A stretch of DNA of 64,000 bases from Caenispirillum bisanense (lineage in GTDB: Bacteria; Pseudomonadota; Alphaproteobacteria; Rhodospirillales; UBA2165). The translations under genes were made by a program, and so were the position numbers. Position 1 is the first letter of the stretch, and every line of letters begins with the position of its first letter. The stretch covers positions 467-64,466 of the forward strand of contig CAMDWJ010000020.1 in NCBI GenBank assembly GCA_945877815.1. The letters are read 5' to 3'. The notes below the pieces were generated by a model. It was not told the origin of the DNA, searched no databases, and worked only from the letters and a program-made list of their open reading frames with translations. This document shows positions 46,750 to 55,470 of this stretch, piece by piece.

Positions 46750-48108
46750 ATGAATTCAAGCCCGATGGACGTTATTTCCGCCGTTTTGCGCGATGCTCCC
46801 GGGCTTTCAGGGGACTTTAAGCGCGATGCCGCTGCCTATTCTCCCTACTGGGCCCGCCTCGACGATATCCAAACCCGGCTCGGCGGCGCCGTCTCCGACA
46901 ACCAAATGATCGTGCTCGAACTGCGCCGCCATGCCGGCGACAGCCGTGCCGCCTTCCTCGATCGCCACGCGGAAACGCTGTATGCCCGCCTCACCGACAA
47001 TTACCGGCGGCACGTCCGGATAGAGCAGTTGGTCGCGGATGCCGCCGAACAAGTGCCGGGCCTCGCCCCCAGCCCCGGCGCCCTCGCTTACGACCAGAGC
47101 TTGAAGCTAGGCGACAAGCCCGGTTGCGAAATTCACCAGGGAATCCTGCTCAGTAAAATATTGGCGTTGCCTCGCGCCGGCCATCATCTGTGCCACGCGA
47201 TGCTCTTGCCGCGTCCCGAATCCGCCGAAGCCTTGGCCAAATTCACGCATGACGATGCCTTGGATTTCGGATGCGTGCGGGTCGAGCGACGCGGGCAGGC
47301 GGCGCGGGTGACTTTGTCGGCGCCGCAACGCCTCAACAGCGAGGATCACACGACACTTGCGGCGTTCGAGACTGCGGTCGACGTTGTCTCGATGGATCCG
47401 GGCAGCAAGATCGGCATCCTGCGCGGCGATGCCGTCTCGCATCCCAAATATGCCGGGCGATATCTTTTCGGCAGCGGCATCAATCTGACCGCGCTTTATC
47501 ACGGCAAGGTGCCATATTTGTTTTATGTCGTGCGCGATCTCGGTTTGGTCAACAAGCTATTCCGCGGCATCGCGCGACCCGACCGCGACCCCTCGGAAGT
47601 CGGCGGCGGCACAGTCGAAAAATTATGGATCGCAATGGTCGAGGGATTCGCCATCGGCGGCGCCTGCCAGCTTTTGCTCGTCATGGATCACGTCATCGCC
47701 GAGGCCAACGCCTATATGACCCTGCCGGCACGCAAGGAAGGCATCATTCCCGGCATGGCCAATCTGCGCTTACCGCGTTTCGTCGGCGAGCGCATCGCGC
47801 GTCAGGCGATCATGGGCGAACGGCGCTTGGACTGCGACAGCGCTGAAGGGCGCATGATCTGCGACGAGGTGGTGGTGCCCGGAACCATCGAGGCGGCAGT
47901 CGATCGCACGGTCGAGCATCTGACGGGATCCGGCATTGTCAGCGCCGAAGGCAACCGCCGCGCGTTCCGCATTGGCGTCGAACCTTTCGATCTGTTCCGC
48001 CAATATGCCGCGGTCTATGCGCGTGAGCAGGCCTATTGTCACTTAAGCCCAGCGCTCGTCGGCAATCTCGAACGGCATTGGGGTGCGTCAAATCGCAAGG
48101 TGAGCTGA
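46750..48108 (+). CDS. Crotonase-fold protein resembling DpgC ((3,5-dihydroxyphenyl)acetyl-CoA 1,2-dioxygenase) family
   Basis: 452 aa. A ~190-aa helical N-domain is followed by an enoyl-CoA hydratase/isomerase core: …RVTLSAPQRLNSEDHTTLAAFETAVDVVSMDPGSKIGILRGDAVSHPKYAGRYLFGSGINLTALYHG…EKLWIAMVEGFAIGGACQLLLVMDHVIAEANAYMTLPARKEGIIPGMANLRLPRFVGERIARQAIMGERRL…. The resemblance to DpgC is from memory of that family's architecture, not from a search. Confidence 0.6.
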   Translation: MNSSPMDVISAVLRDAPGLSGDFKRDAAAYSPYWARLDDIQTRLGGAVSDNQMIVLELRRHAGDSRAAFLDRHAETLYARLTDNYRRHVRIEQLVADAAEQVPGLAPSPGALAYDQSLKLGDKPGCEIHQGILLSKILALPRAGHHLCHAMLLPRPESAEALAKFTHDDALDFGCVRVERRGQAARVTLSAPQRLNSEDHTTLAAFETAVDVVSMDPGSKIGILRGDAVSHPKYAGRYLFGSGINLTALYHGKVPYLFYVVRDLGLVNKLFRGIARPDRDPSEVGGGTVEKLWIAMVEGFAIGGACQLLLVMDHVIAEANAYMTLPARKEGIIPGMANLRLPRFVGERIARQAIMGERRLDCDSAEGRMICDEVVVPGTIEAAVDRTVEHLTGSGIVSAEGNRRAFRIGVEPFDLFRQYAAVYAREQAYCHLSPALVGNLERHWGASNRKVS

Positions 48109-48115
48109 CGCCCGC

Positions 48116-48619
48116 CTATTTGCATTCCTTGTCGATGGCGGCCAGCGCTGCACTGATCCCGGACAAAGAATAAGTATCGGTCGTCTTGGTGCCGCGCGCC
48201 GAGGCGCCGGTGACCGTCAATGCCTTACCCTTTTTCATCGCCTCGCTGATGGCGAGATCTGTCGGCGCATCCTGCGCCCAGGCGGCGGTGTCGCTGGTGA
48301 ACAGCTTGAAGGGCTTGTTGCCGTCGATCCCGACCTCAACCTCGCCGCCGTCCTTGTAGGCATAGCCGGCACGGAACTCGAATACGTTGCGCGTTTTTTC
48401 GGCCGGGCGGTGCGTGATCAAAATGTAGGTCTTGCCGCGCTGTACATTCTGCGGCGCGGTCGATTTCGGCAATGAGGCGATATAACAGACCTTGTCGCGG
48501 CCGACGCCGTCATGGAAGGCGTTCCAATCGCCGAAGGTGGAGATGAAATTTTGCGCCTGCGCGGGCAGCGCGAAAATAAAGAATGTGGAAAACAAAAGGG
48601 CAAGAGCAAGTCGTTTCAT
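48116..48619 (-). CDS. Invasion-associated locus B (IalB) family periplasmic protein
   Basis: Signal peptide MKRLALALLFSTFFIFALPAQA. …FGDWNAFHDGVGRDKVCYIASLP… and the C-terminal …YSLSGISAALAAIDKECK are typical of IalB. Confidence 0.85.
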   Translation of the reverse strand: MKRLALALLFSTFFIFALPAQAQNFISTFGDWNAFHDGVGRDKVCYIASLPKSTAPQNVQRGKTYILITHRPAEKTRNVFEFRAGYAYKDGGEVEVGIDGNKPFKLFTSDTAAWAQDAPTDLAISEAMKKGKALTVTGASARGTKTTDTYSLSGISAALAAIDKECK

Positions 48620-49200
48620 TTTTTCGATCCGAGAGTCTCAGATAAATCGGGCGGCGCGATCTTGAAGCGGGCCGTCCCCGTACGAAACCGCGGATCGCCG
48701 TAAACGTGTTCCGGCACCGGTTCCGGAACGCCGCGCGGGCTCATCGGGCGCCGCGGAAAACGGCCGAGGCTGGTAAGCCGGTCGTACATGACCAGCGCAC
48801 CAGCCAGACCGACGTTAATCGAGAATTGTGTCGGAATCCTTACCGTGTAAGCGCATTTTTCTAAAATTGTCGGCGGCAGCGAGGTGCGCTCGGCGCCGAG
48901 GATATATGCGGCCTGGCGCGGATGGCGAAACGACGGCAGTTCGATCGCATCGTCGACGATTTCCACGCCAACAAGTTCGGTGCCATGCGGCAGGAGAAGG
49001 CTTTCCGCGTCCGGAAAATCGTAGAACGGAACCTGATCCGGTGCATTCGAAGTATCCGCCCCGCGGCCGACATTGCGCGAATAGACGGCACCGACGGTGA
49101 AGACAAAAGACGCGCCGAAGGCATGAGCCGTACGGAATAGACTTCCGACATTCATGCTCTTGCTGACACCGGCGACGCCGATTCCGAAATAACCCCGCAT
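48616..49200 (-). CDS. SpoU/TrmH-family RNA methyltransferase
   Basis: ATG at 49200 (MRGYFGIGVAGVSKSMNVGSLFRTAHAFGASFVFTVG…). …AYILGAERTSLPPTILEKCAYTVRIPTQFSINVGLAGALVMYDR… shows SPOUT motifs 2/3. The stop overlaps the ialB start as ATGA. Confidence 0.85.
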   Translation of the reverse strand: MRGYFGIGVAGVSKSMNVGSLFRTAHAFGASFVFTVGAVYSRNVGRGADTSNAPDQVPFYDFPDAESLLLPHGTELVGVEIVDDAIELPSFRHPRQAAYILGAERTSLPPTILEKCAYTVRIPTQFSINVGLAGALVMYDRLTSLGRFPRRPMSPRGVPEPVPEHVYGDPRFRTGTARFKIAPPDLSETLGSKK

Positions 49201-49259
49201 AAATCCACCCTCACCGAATCGGACCCGGCAATCAAGCGCGATGCCTCGAACGCCCAAGT

Positions 49260-50948
49260 GTGGTAATTATAGCGGGGGGAGGCTCGATAATCTTGATCAA
49301 ACGCATTCATCTTTGGGCGGGGCTCATCGTCGCCGCCTATGTCATCCCCCATATGATCAACCATGCGCTTGGCCTGATCTCCTTGGAGGCGATGGAGGCG
49401 ATGCGCGGCGTCAGCAGGCTGTTCTGGTCGGGGCCGGTGGGCGAGCCGCTGCTGATCGGCGCGTTCCTCACGCATTTCTTTCTGGCGCTGTGGTCGCTCT
49501 ATACCCGCTCGACGCTGCGCATGCCGGTCTGGGAAGCCATGCAGATCGCGCTCGGCCTTCTGATCTTTCCCCTGATCCTCGTCCATGTCGTCGGCACGGC
49601 GGGCGTGCAGCATTTCCTGGCTTACGAGCCCACCTATGAATATGTGATTGCGTCGCTCTGGGTCGCGGACCCGATGCGGGGATTGCAGCAGTCCGTCATG
49701 GCGATCGTCGTATGGGGGCATTTGTGCATCGGGCTGCATTTCTGGCTACGGCTCAAATCGTGGTATCGCGCCGCCGTGCCTTACGTCTACGCGGCGATGG
49801 TGTTGATTCCGGCTCTGTCCCTGCTCGGCTTCGCCAGCGTCGGCCGGATGTTGGCCGAGCGCGCCGAGATCGATCCCGGGTATCTCGCGCGCCTGTTCGC
49901 GCCAATCTTAATGCCGAACATGGCCCACATGGTCACCGGATTGAAATTGGTCGAGCCCAACGGCTGGATAGTCTTCGCGATCCTGATCATTTCGGTTCTG
50001 ACGGCGCGAACGGTGCGGCGCGTCTGGCGCAACCGCCACGGCACCTATGCGCTCCGACTGCCGGACGGTCGGACCTTCGATGCACCGCACGGCCAGACGA
50101 TTCTGGAAACCTTGCGCATCCACGGCGTGCCCCATGCCTCGGTGTGCGGCGGGCGCGGGCGATGCACCACCTGTCGCGTCCAGGTCGGTGAGGCGACACG
50201 GCATCTTCCGACGCCGGGCGAGGTCGAGCATAAAGCCCTGATGCGCATCGGCGCCGACGCCGACGTGCGCCTTGCCTGTCAGACATGCCCGACGATCGAT
50301 CTCACGATCCATCCTCTGATGCCACCCTCGGCGAGTGCGCGCGACGCCTATCGTCCCGAGGCCGCGGCCCGCGAACAGACGATCGCGGTGATGTTCCTCG
50401 ATATTCGCGGCTCGACCCGGCTTGGTGAACGCAAGCTGCCGTACGATGTGCTCTTCACGCTCAACCAATTTTTCGCCGAGATGTCGGCGGCGCTCGCCGA
50501 GACCGGCGGGCATTATTCGAATTTCACCGGCGACGGATTGATGGCGATGTACGGAGTTTCGGGGTCCATCGAAGACGGATGCCGCAATGCCGTGAAGGGT
50601 GCCGCGGCGATGCTCACCAGGCTGGACGAGCTTAACCGCCGCTACGCGCACGATCTGCCCGAACCCTTGCGCATGGGCCTCGGCATCCATTGCGGCGAAG
50701 TGATCGTCGGAAATATGGGGCCACCGACGGCGCAGAATTTCACCGCCATCGGCGATGCGGTGAACGTGACGGCCCGGCTCGAGGCGCTGACCAAGGATTT
50801 CGGCTGCGCATTGGTTCTATCGGAGGAGGCCGCCTTGCGCAGCGGCCTGGATATGACGGGTTACGAGAAACGCACGACCGGCGTGCGCGGCCGTGTCGGC
50901 GAGATCATCGTCTATGCCATCGACGATCCGCGCGCCCTGATCGGCTGA
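49260..50948 (+). CDS. Three-module adenylate/guanylate cyclase: His-rich six-helix membrane domain + 2Fe-2S ferredoxin domain + class III cyclase domain
   Basis: 562 aa. Membrane part: …IHLWAGLIVAAYVIPHMINHALGLI…FLTHFFLALWSLY…IFPLILVHVVGTAGVQHF…AIVVWGHLCIGLHFWLRL…. Ferredoxin part: …ILETLRIHGVPHASVCGGRGRCTTCRVQV…VRLACQTCP…. Cyclase part: IAVMFLDIRGSTRL…NFTGDGLMAMYG…GLGIHCGEVIVGNMG…TAIGDAVNVTARLE. The start is uncertain (GTG 49260, or TTG 49293 which has GGGAGG upstream). Confidence 0.88.
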   Translation: MVIIAGGGSIILIKRIHLWAGLIVAAYVIPHMINHALGLISLEAMEAMRGVSRLFWSGPVGEPLLIGAFLTHFFLALWSLYTRSTLRMPVWEAMQIALGLLIFPLILVHVVGTAGVQHFLAYEPTYEYVIASLWVADPMRGLQQSVMAIVVWGHLCIGLHFWLRLKSWYRAAVPYVYAAMVLIPALSLLGFASVGRMLAERAEIDPGYLARLFAPILMPNMAHMVTGLKLVEPNGWIVFAILIISVLTARTVRRVWRNRHGTYALRLPDGRTFDAPHGQTILETLRIHGVPHASVCGGRGRCTTCRVQVGEATRHLPTPGEVEHKALMRIGADADVRLACQTCPTIDLTIHPLMPPSASARDAYRPEAAAREQTIAVMFLDIRGSTRLGERKLPYDVLFTLNQFFAEMSAALAETGGHYSNFTGDGLMAMYGVSGSIEDGCRNAVKGAAAMLTRLDELNRRYAHDLPEPLRMGLGIHCGEVIVGNMGPPTAQNFTAIGDAVNVTARLEALTKDFGCALVLSEEAALRSGLDMTGYEKRTTGVRGRVGEIIVYAIDDPRALIG

Positions 50949-50954
50949 AAGAAA

Positions 50955-50979
50955 CCCTCCCCGCCTGCGGCGGGGAGGG
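50955..50979. terminator. Bidirectional terminator between the cyclase and cupin genes
   Basis: CCCTCCCCGCC (50955-50965) / GGCGGGGAGGG (50969-50979), an 11-bp perfect stem. TTTCTTTC follows on the minus strand and TATTGCGGAAATTATTT on the plus strand. Confidence 0.65.
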
Positions 50980-50990
50980 TATTGCGGAAA

Positions 50991-51461
50991 TTATTTGTCG
51001 TCATAGACCTGCAGGAAGCCGTCGGTCATCCAATCCTTGTGCTTGTCCACATTGATGCGCTGATCCTTGGTCTTCGCATTTTCAACCCCGGTGATATGGA
51101 GGATTTCGAGCGGCACGTCCCCCGTCGTCTCGAACCAATAGCGCGAACCGCCCGGCAGGCAGATCCCGTCCATTTCCTTGAGATCGCCGATGACTTCATC
51201 GCCCGGGCCGTAGAATTTGGCGGCCCCCTTCAGCACCATCCACACGCCGTCCGAATTGGTGTGATAGTGCAGATTGTTCTCGCCGCCTTCGCTCACGACC
51301 TGAACCTGAACCCGCACGTTGGGCGTGCGGACCATATTGACCATTTCCTTGACGCGGCCGAGCTCGCTGGGTGCCCGGTAACTGAAGGTATGGACGCGCG
51401 ATTCGGCTTCGAGATGGATGGCTTCCTTCTCGGGATTAACTGGCTTCATTGCTTCATTCAT
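50991..51461 (-). CDS. Cupin-domain protein
   Basis: ATG at 51461 with AGGAGG 6 nt upstream. …VQVVSEGGENNLHYHTNSDGVWMVLKGAAKFYGPGDEVIGDLKEMDGICLPGGSRYWFETTG… shows cupin motifs 1 and 2. The rest of track ORF 50991..51773 is an unsupported extension. Confidence 0.8.
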   Translation of the reverse strand: MNEAMKPVNPEKEAIHLEAESRVHTFSYRAPSELGRVKEMVNMVRTPNVRVQVQVVSEGGENNLHYHTNSDGVWMVLKGAAKFYGPGDEVIGDLKEMDGICLPGGSRYWFETTGDVPLEILHITGVENAKTKDQRINVDKHKDWMTDGFLQVYDDK

Positions 51462-51564
51462 GACGGCCTCCTGATTGATTGGCGCAATGCTAGCAGCAAC
51501 GTCGCGCAAAGAAAATCGCCGCCGTTCATCATTCCTATCACTCGGCCAATCCGGGGAGCCACAT

Positions 51565-52755
51565 TTAGGCTGCCGCCACGCGCACCCGCTGCTCCTTGAT
51601 CGGAAGATGGATGACTGCGGCAACGACGCCCAAGGCGATGGCCCAATACCACATGATGTCGTAGCTGCCGGTGGCGTCAAAAACCACGCCTCCAATCCAC
51701 GATCCGGTGAACGAGCCCAATTGATGCGACAGGAATACGATAGCGCCCAAAGTGGCGAGATAACGCACCCCAAACATCTGCGCGACCAAGCCGGTCGTCA
51801 GCGGAACCGTACCGAGCCAAAGCAGCCCCAGCCATGCCGCGAACAGCAGGACCGAGAATTTCGTGACCGGCATCGATAGGAACACGACAAAGGCCGCCGA
51901 ACGCGCGAGATAGAGCATCGCCAGCAGTTTCTTCTTGGAATATTTCTGGGCGAGGAAGCCGAATGCCAAGGTGCCCAGGAAATTGAAAAATCCCACCAAC
52001 CCGACGGCGAGGCCGGCAAGTTCGCCAAGGCCATTCATCGCAAGATAGTTCGGCAGATGTGTGGCCACGAACTGGACCTGAAATCCGCAGACATAAAAGC
52101 CGGTGACGAGCAGCAGGAAGCTGCGCTGGCCCAAAGCCTCGCGCACCGCCTCGCGCAAGGTCTGGCCTTCGGTGAGCGGGTCGTTGGTCTCCGACGCCTT
52201 GCCGCGCATGGCGATCGAAAGAGGAATCACGGCGGAAAGCGCCACCGCCAGAATCAAGAATGTGCTGGCCGTACCGAGATTAACGATCAGCATCTGATTG
52301 GTTGGCGCCGCGATGAGCTGGCCCAACGAGCCGAAGGCCGAAACGATGGACAACGCCATGGTGCGGCGTTCCGGCGCGGCCGCGCGGCCCACGGCACCCA
52401 GGATCAGTGTATAGCCGGTGCCCGCCGCCGCCATTCCGATGAAGATGCCGGCGCCAAGATGCAGCCCGAAGGGCGTAGCCGCACCCGACATGATGAGTAA
52501 GCCGATCACATAGAGCACGCCGCAGGTGGCGATCATGCGCGCGCCGCCGTAGCGATCGCCGAGCGCGCCGACCACCGGCTGGGACAGACCGACCATCAAA
52601 TTCTGGATGCCGATCGCCAGCGCGAAGACCTGGGTGTCGAGTTTCAATTCGGCGCTGATGGGGCCGAGAAACAAGCCCATGCTTTGGCGCGTCCCCATGC
52701 CCACGAGCAGGATCAGACAACCGCACACCATGATGACAACGGTCTTACGATTCAT
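51565..52755 (-). CDS. MFS transporter
   Basis: 396-aa polytopic protein. MNRKTVVIMVCGCLILLVGMGTRQSMGLFLGPISAELKLDTQVFALAIGIQNLMVGLSQPVVGALGDRYGGARM…. Confidence 0.88.
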   Translation of the reverse strand: MNRKTVVIMVCGCLILLVGMGTRQSMGLFLGPISAELKLDTQVFALAIGIQNLMVGLSQPVVGALGDRYGGARMIATCGVLYVIGLLIMSGAATPFGLHLGAGIFIGMAAAGTGYTLILGAVGRAAAPERRTMALSIVSAFGSLGQLIAAPTNQMLIVNLGTASTFLILAVALSAVIPLSIAMRGKASETNDPLTEGQTLREAVREALGQRSFLLLVTGFYVCGFQVQFVATHLPNYLAMNGLGELAGLAVGLVGFFNFLGTLAFGFLAQKYSKKKLLAMLYLARSAAFVVFLSMPVTKFSVLLFAAWLGLLWLGTVPLTTGLVAQMFGVRYLATLGAIVFLSHQLGSFTGSWIGGVVFDATGSYDIMWYWAIALGVVAAVIHLPIKEQRVRVAAA

Positions 52756-52994
52756 GGCGGGACTCTGCGATTGAGGACGAAGGTCAGGTTATGGCTCCGC
52801 CCACGAGGGTGCAAGCCGACGCCGACGAAACGCCGACGCTTTAGAAACGACGCGCAAACGTCGCTGTCGCCGTCATTTTGATGGCGATTTCGATCTACGA
52901 CAGAAGTTCCCGAGAGATCGTTTACAGCCGGACAGACTGGGCCAAATTACTCAGTATTTCGGACCCGTCGACGAATGAAGTCCGCCTCGCCGAT

Positions 52995-53939
52995 CTATCC
53001 CCATGGGCGACGGGCGTGGGCGGCGCCACCGCCGCTCGCCGGCAAGACGCTGCGTCCGATGACGCGCCGGCGATTGCGCCCGGCATTCACGTTCTCGCCA
53101 TTCGCCATCGCTTCGAGCAGGCGGATGCGGTTGGCCATGCTCGGATGCGTCGAGAACAGATTATCCATGCGGACACCCGACAGCGGATTGACGATGAACA
53201 TGTGCGCGGTCGCAGGGTTCGCCTCAGCGCGCGGGTTATCGACCTGATGCGAGATCGTCTCGAGCTTGCCGAGTGCGGAGGCCAGCCACAAGGGCTGTCC
53301 GGCAATCTCGGCGCCGATCCGGTCGGCCTCGTATTCGCGTGTCCGGCTGATCGCCATCTGCACCAGCATGGCGGCCAGCGGTGCGAAGATCATCAGCGCG
53401 ATAGTGCCGATCATGCCGATCCCGCCGCCTTCGCGGTCGCGCGAGCCGCCGAAGAACATGGCGAAATTAGCGAGCATGGAGAGCGCGCCGGCCAGCGTCG
53501 CAGTGATCGTCATAATCAAGGTGTCGCGGTTTTTTACATGCGCCAGTTCGTGCGCCATCACGCCGGTGATTTCTTCCTGGCTCAGATGTTCAAGCAGCCC
53601 GGTGGTCGCGGCCACGGCCGCATGTTCGGGATCGCGGCCCGTCGCAAAGGCATTCGGCTGCGCATCCTCGATGATATAGACCTTGGGCATCGGCAGGCCG
53701 GCATTGGCGGCGAGCCGCGCCACGATATTGTAGTAGGTGGGCGCCAAACGCGCATCGACTTCGCGCGCGCCGTACATGCGCAGCACCATCTTGTCGGAGT
53801 TCCAATAGGCGAAGGCATTCATGGCAACGGCTATCGCCAGCGCGATCACGATGCCGCCCTCGCCGCCCAACATGAAACCGATGCCCATGAACAGGGCGGT
53901 CATTCCCGCGAGCAACATCCCGGTCTTCAAGTAGTTCAC
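52995..53939 (-). CDS. htpX: Zinc metalloprotease HtpX
   Basis: 314 aa. [26 protein letters not shown]…, the zinc motif [14 protein letters not shown] (HExxH), …[12 protein letters not shown]…, and …[16 protein letters not shown]…. Confidence 0.95.
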   Translation of the reverse strand: MNYLKTGMLLAGMTALFMGIGFMLGGEGGIVIALAIAVAMNAFAYWNSDKMVLRMYGAREVDARLAPTYYNIVARLAANAGLPMPKVYIIEDAQPNAFATGRDPEHAAVAATTGLLEHLSQEEITGVMAHELAHVKNRDTLIMTITATLAGALSMLANFAMFFGGSRDREGGGIGMIGTIALMIFAPLAAMLVQMAISRTREYEADRIGAEIAGQPLWLASALGKLETISHQVDNPRAEANPATAHMFIVNPLSGVRMDNLFSTHPSMANRIRLLEAMANGENVNAGRNRRRVIGRSVLPASGGGAAHARRPWG

Positions 53940-54031
53940 GTATCGCTCCTTCCCGCACCCTGCGGGCTCAATTCGCGGAGATTAGATAGTCGCAAGAAAT
54001 TGTGTCCGCAATTGGTCGCACCGCGAAAGAT

Positions 54032-54784
54032 TTAAGTGACCAGGGAGGTGATCCCGATCGCCATCATGAGGCCGAGCGAGACCCGCCGGAATAGCCGGAT
54101 CGAGGCGTTGCGGAACAGCCGCCCGCCGATCCATTGACCGAACGCCACCGGGGCCAGTAACAGGAGCGAGCGGATCCAGGCATCGGTACCGATGGCGCCG
54201 CCCCACATCAAAGCGAGCAAGGTGATCGGGGCCACCATAGAAACCGAAACGGTATTGTTGGCGCGCTGCACGCGGACCTCGCCGGGTGCGGCCATGAAAT
54301 AGATCACCAGCACCGGGCCGCCGACGCCCGCGAAGCCGCCGATCCATCCGGCGAGCGCACCGGTCGCCGCCGTCGCCCATTTACTGTGCGTGCCGCGATA
54401 GACCCAACCGCTCGCCAACACGACGGCGCATACGAGGATGAAAATGCCGAAAGCGCGTTTGACCACATGCGGATCGACATGAAGCAGGGTGACGACGCCG
54501 AGCGGCACGGCGACGACCACGGCGGCGAACATGACCCCGATGGTGCGCCAATCGGCATCCTTGGCGGCCGGAAGGACAAGCTGCGGCGATGTCGCGCAGG
54601 CCACGATCGCCATGATCGCCACCATATCCACCGGCCCATAGAACAGCATCAGCACCGGCCCCCAAATGACATTGGCGCCGAATCCGGTGAAGGCGCGGAA
54701 AATCGCCGCAAGCACGGCCACCGCCGCCGCGATGGCGAACGGCCCATCGAGATAGGGGGCGAGATACGAGGCGATGTAATCCAA
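54032..54784 (-). CDS. TauE/SafE (TSUP) family anion exporter
   Basis: 250-aa polytopic protein. …AVLAAIFRAFTGFGANVIWGPVLMLFYGP… and a second-half repeat …ALAGWIGGFAGVGGPVLVIYFM…. Confidence 0.88.
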   Translation of the reverse strand: MDYIASYLAPYLDGPFAIAAAVAVLAAIFRAFTGFGANVIWGPVLMLFYGPVDMVAIMAIVACATSPQLVLPAAKDADWRTIGVMFAAVVVAVPLGVVTLLHVDPHVVKRAFGIFILVCAVVLASGWVYRGTHSKWATAATGALAGWIGGFAGVGGPVLVIYFMAAPGEVRVQRANNTVSVSMVAPITLLALMWGGAIGTDAWIRSLLLLAPVAFGQWIGGRLFRNASIRLFRRVSLGLMMAIGITSLVT

Positions 54785-54849
54785 TATGAAGACCCGTTGC
54801 GAAGGTTGGCCTTCCTAACGGCCCGATCACCGGGTTACAAGGAAGCATC

Positions 54850-55020
54850 ATGACCGATACACCCAAAACCGAGACTGCGATCCAGTCACCAGCTCCAGCC
54901 GCCGACGGCGCGACCCAACCCACGCCAAAGCCCAAGCCCAACGAGACCGGCGGGCCCAAGGGATTGGAACCCACCCGCTACGGCGATTGGGAAAAGGGCG
55001 GCCGTTGCATCGATTTCTGA
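54850..55020 (+). CDS. DUF1674 (SDHAF4-like) small protein; not in the ORF track (56 aa)
   Basis: ATG at 54850 with AAGGAAG upstream. MTDTPKTETAIQSPAPAADGATQPTPKPKPNETGGPKGLEPTRYGDWEKGGRCIDF. The C-terminal GGPKG.EPTRYGDWE.KGR..DF is the family signature. Confidence 0.8.
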   Translation: MTDTPKTETAIQSPAPAADGATQPTPKPKPNETGGPKGLEPTRYGDWEKGGRCIDF

Positions 55021-55021
55021 G

Positions 55022-55452
55022 ATGAAATCGGTCGACGCAGCCTGGCAATTCTGGGCCCGGCTGTCGGCCACCTTTGCACACTGACCGCGATCTTTGCCAA
55101 GGTCGGCATCGAAACCATCAATTCCGATTTAGCCACCTTCATCCGCACGATCGTTATCCTCGCAGCACTCGGCGCCTTTCTGACGGCAACCGGCCAATGG
55201 CAACCATTGGCTACGGTGTCGCACAAAAGCTGGATTTTCTTGGTCCTGTCCGGCCTCGCCACCGGCGCCTCCTTGGTCTGTTATTTCCGCGCTCTGCAAA
55301 TGGGCGAAGCCGCCCGCGTGCAGCCCGTCGACAAGCTCTCCGTCGTCCTGGTCGCCATCTTCAGCGTCCTGTTCCTAGGCGAAAATCTGACGGCCGTACA
55401 TTGGTTGGGCGTTGCCTTGGTCACCGGCGGCGCCATTTTGTTGGCGCTTTGA
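55022..55452 (+). pseudogene. Small EamA-family (single-domain, ~143 aa) transporter gene with a 1-nt frameshift near codon 20
   Basis: ATG at 55022 gives MKSVDAAWQFWARLSATFAH-TGA (stop 55082-55084). The family sequence continues in the -1 frame from ~55081 (LTAIFAKVGIETINSDLATFIRTIVILAALGAFLTATGQWQPLATVSHKSWIFLVLSGLATGASLVCYFRALQMGEAARVQPVDKLSVVLVAIFSVLFLGENLT…LLAL, ending at 55452). That frame has no ATG/GTG/TTG before 55207, so the first two helices cannot be expressed without a frame change at ~55079. Confidence 0.7.
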
Positions 55453-55470
55453 TGGGGACCGTTATCTGTG

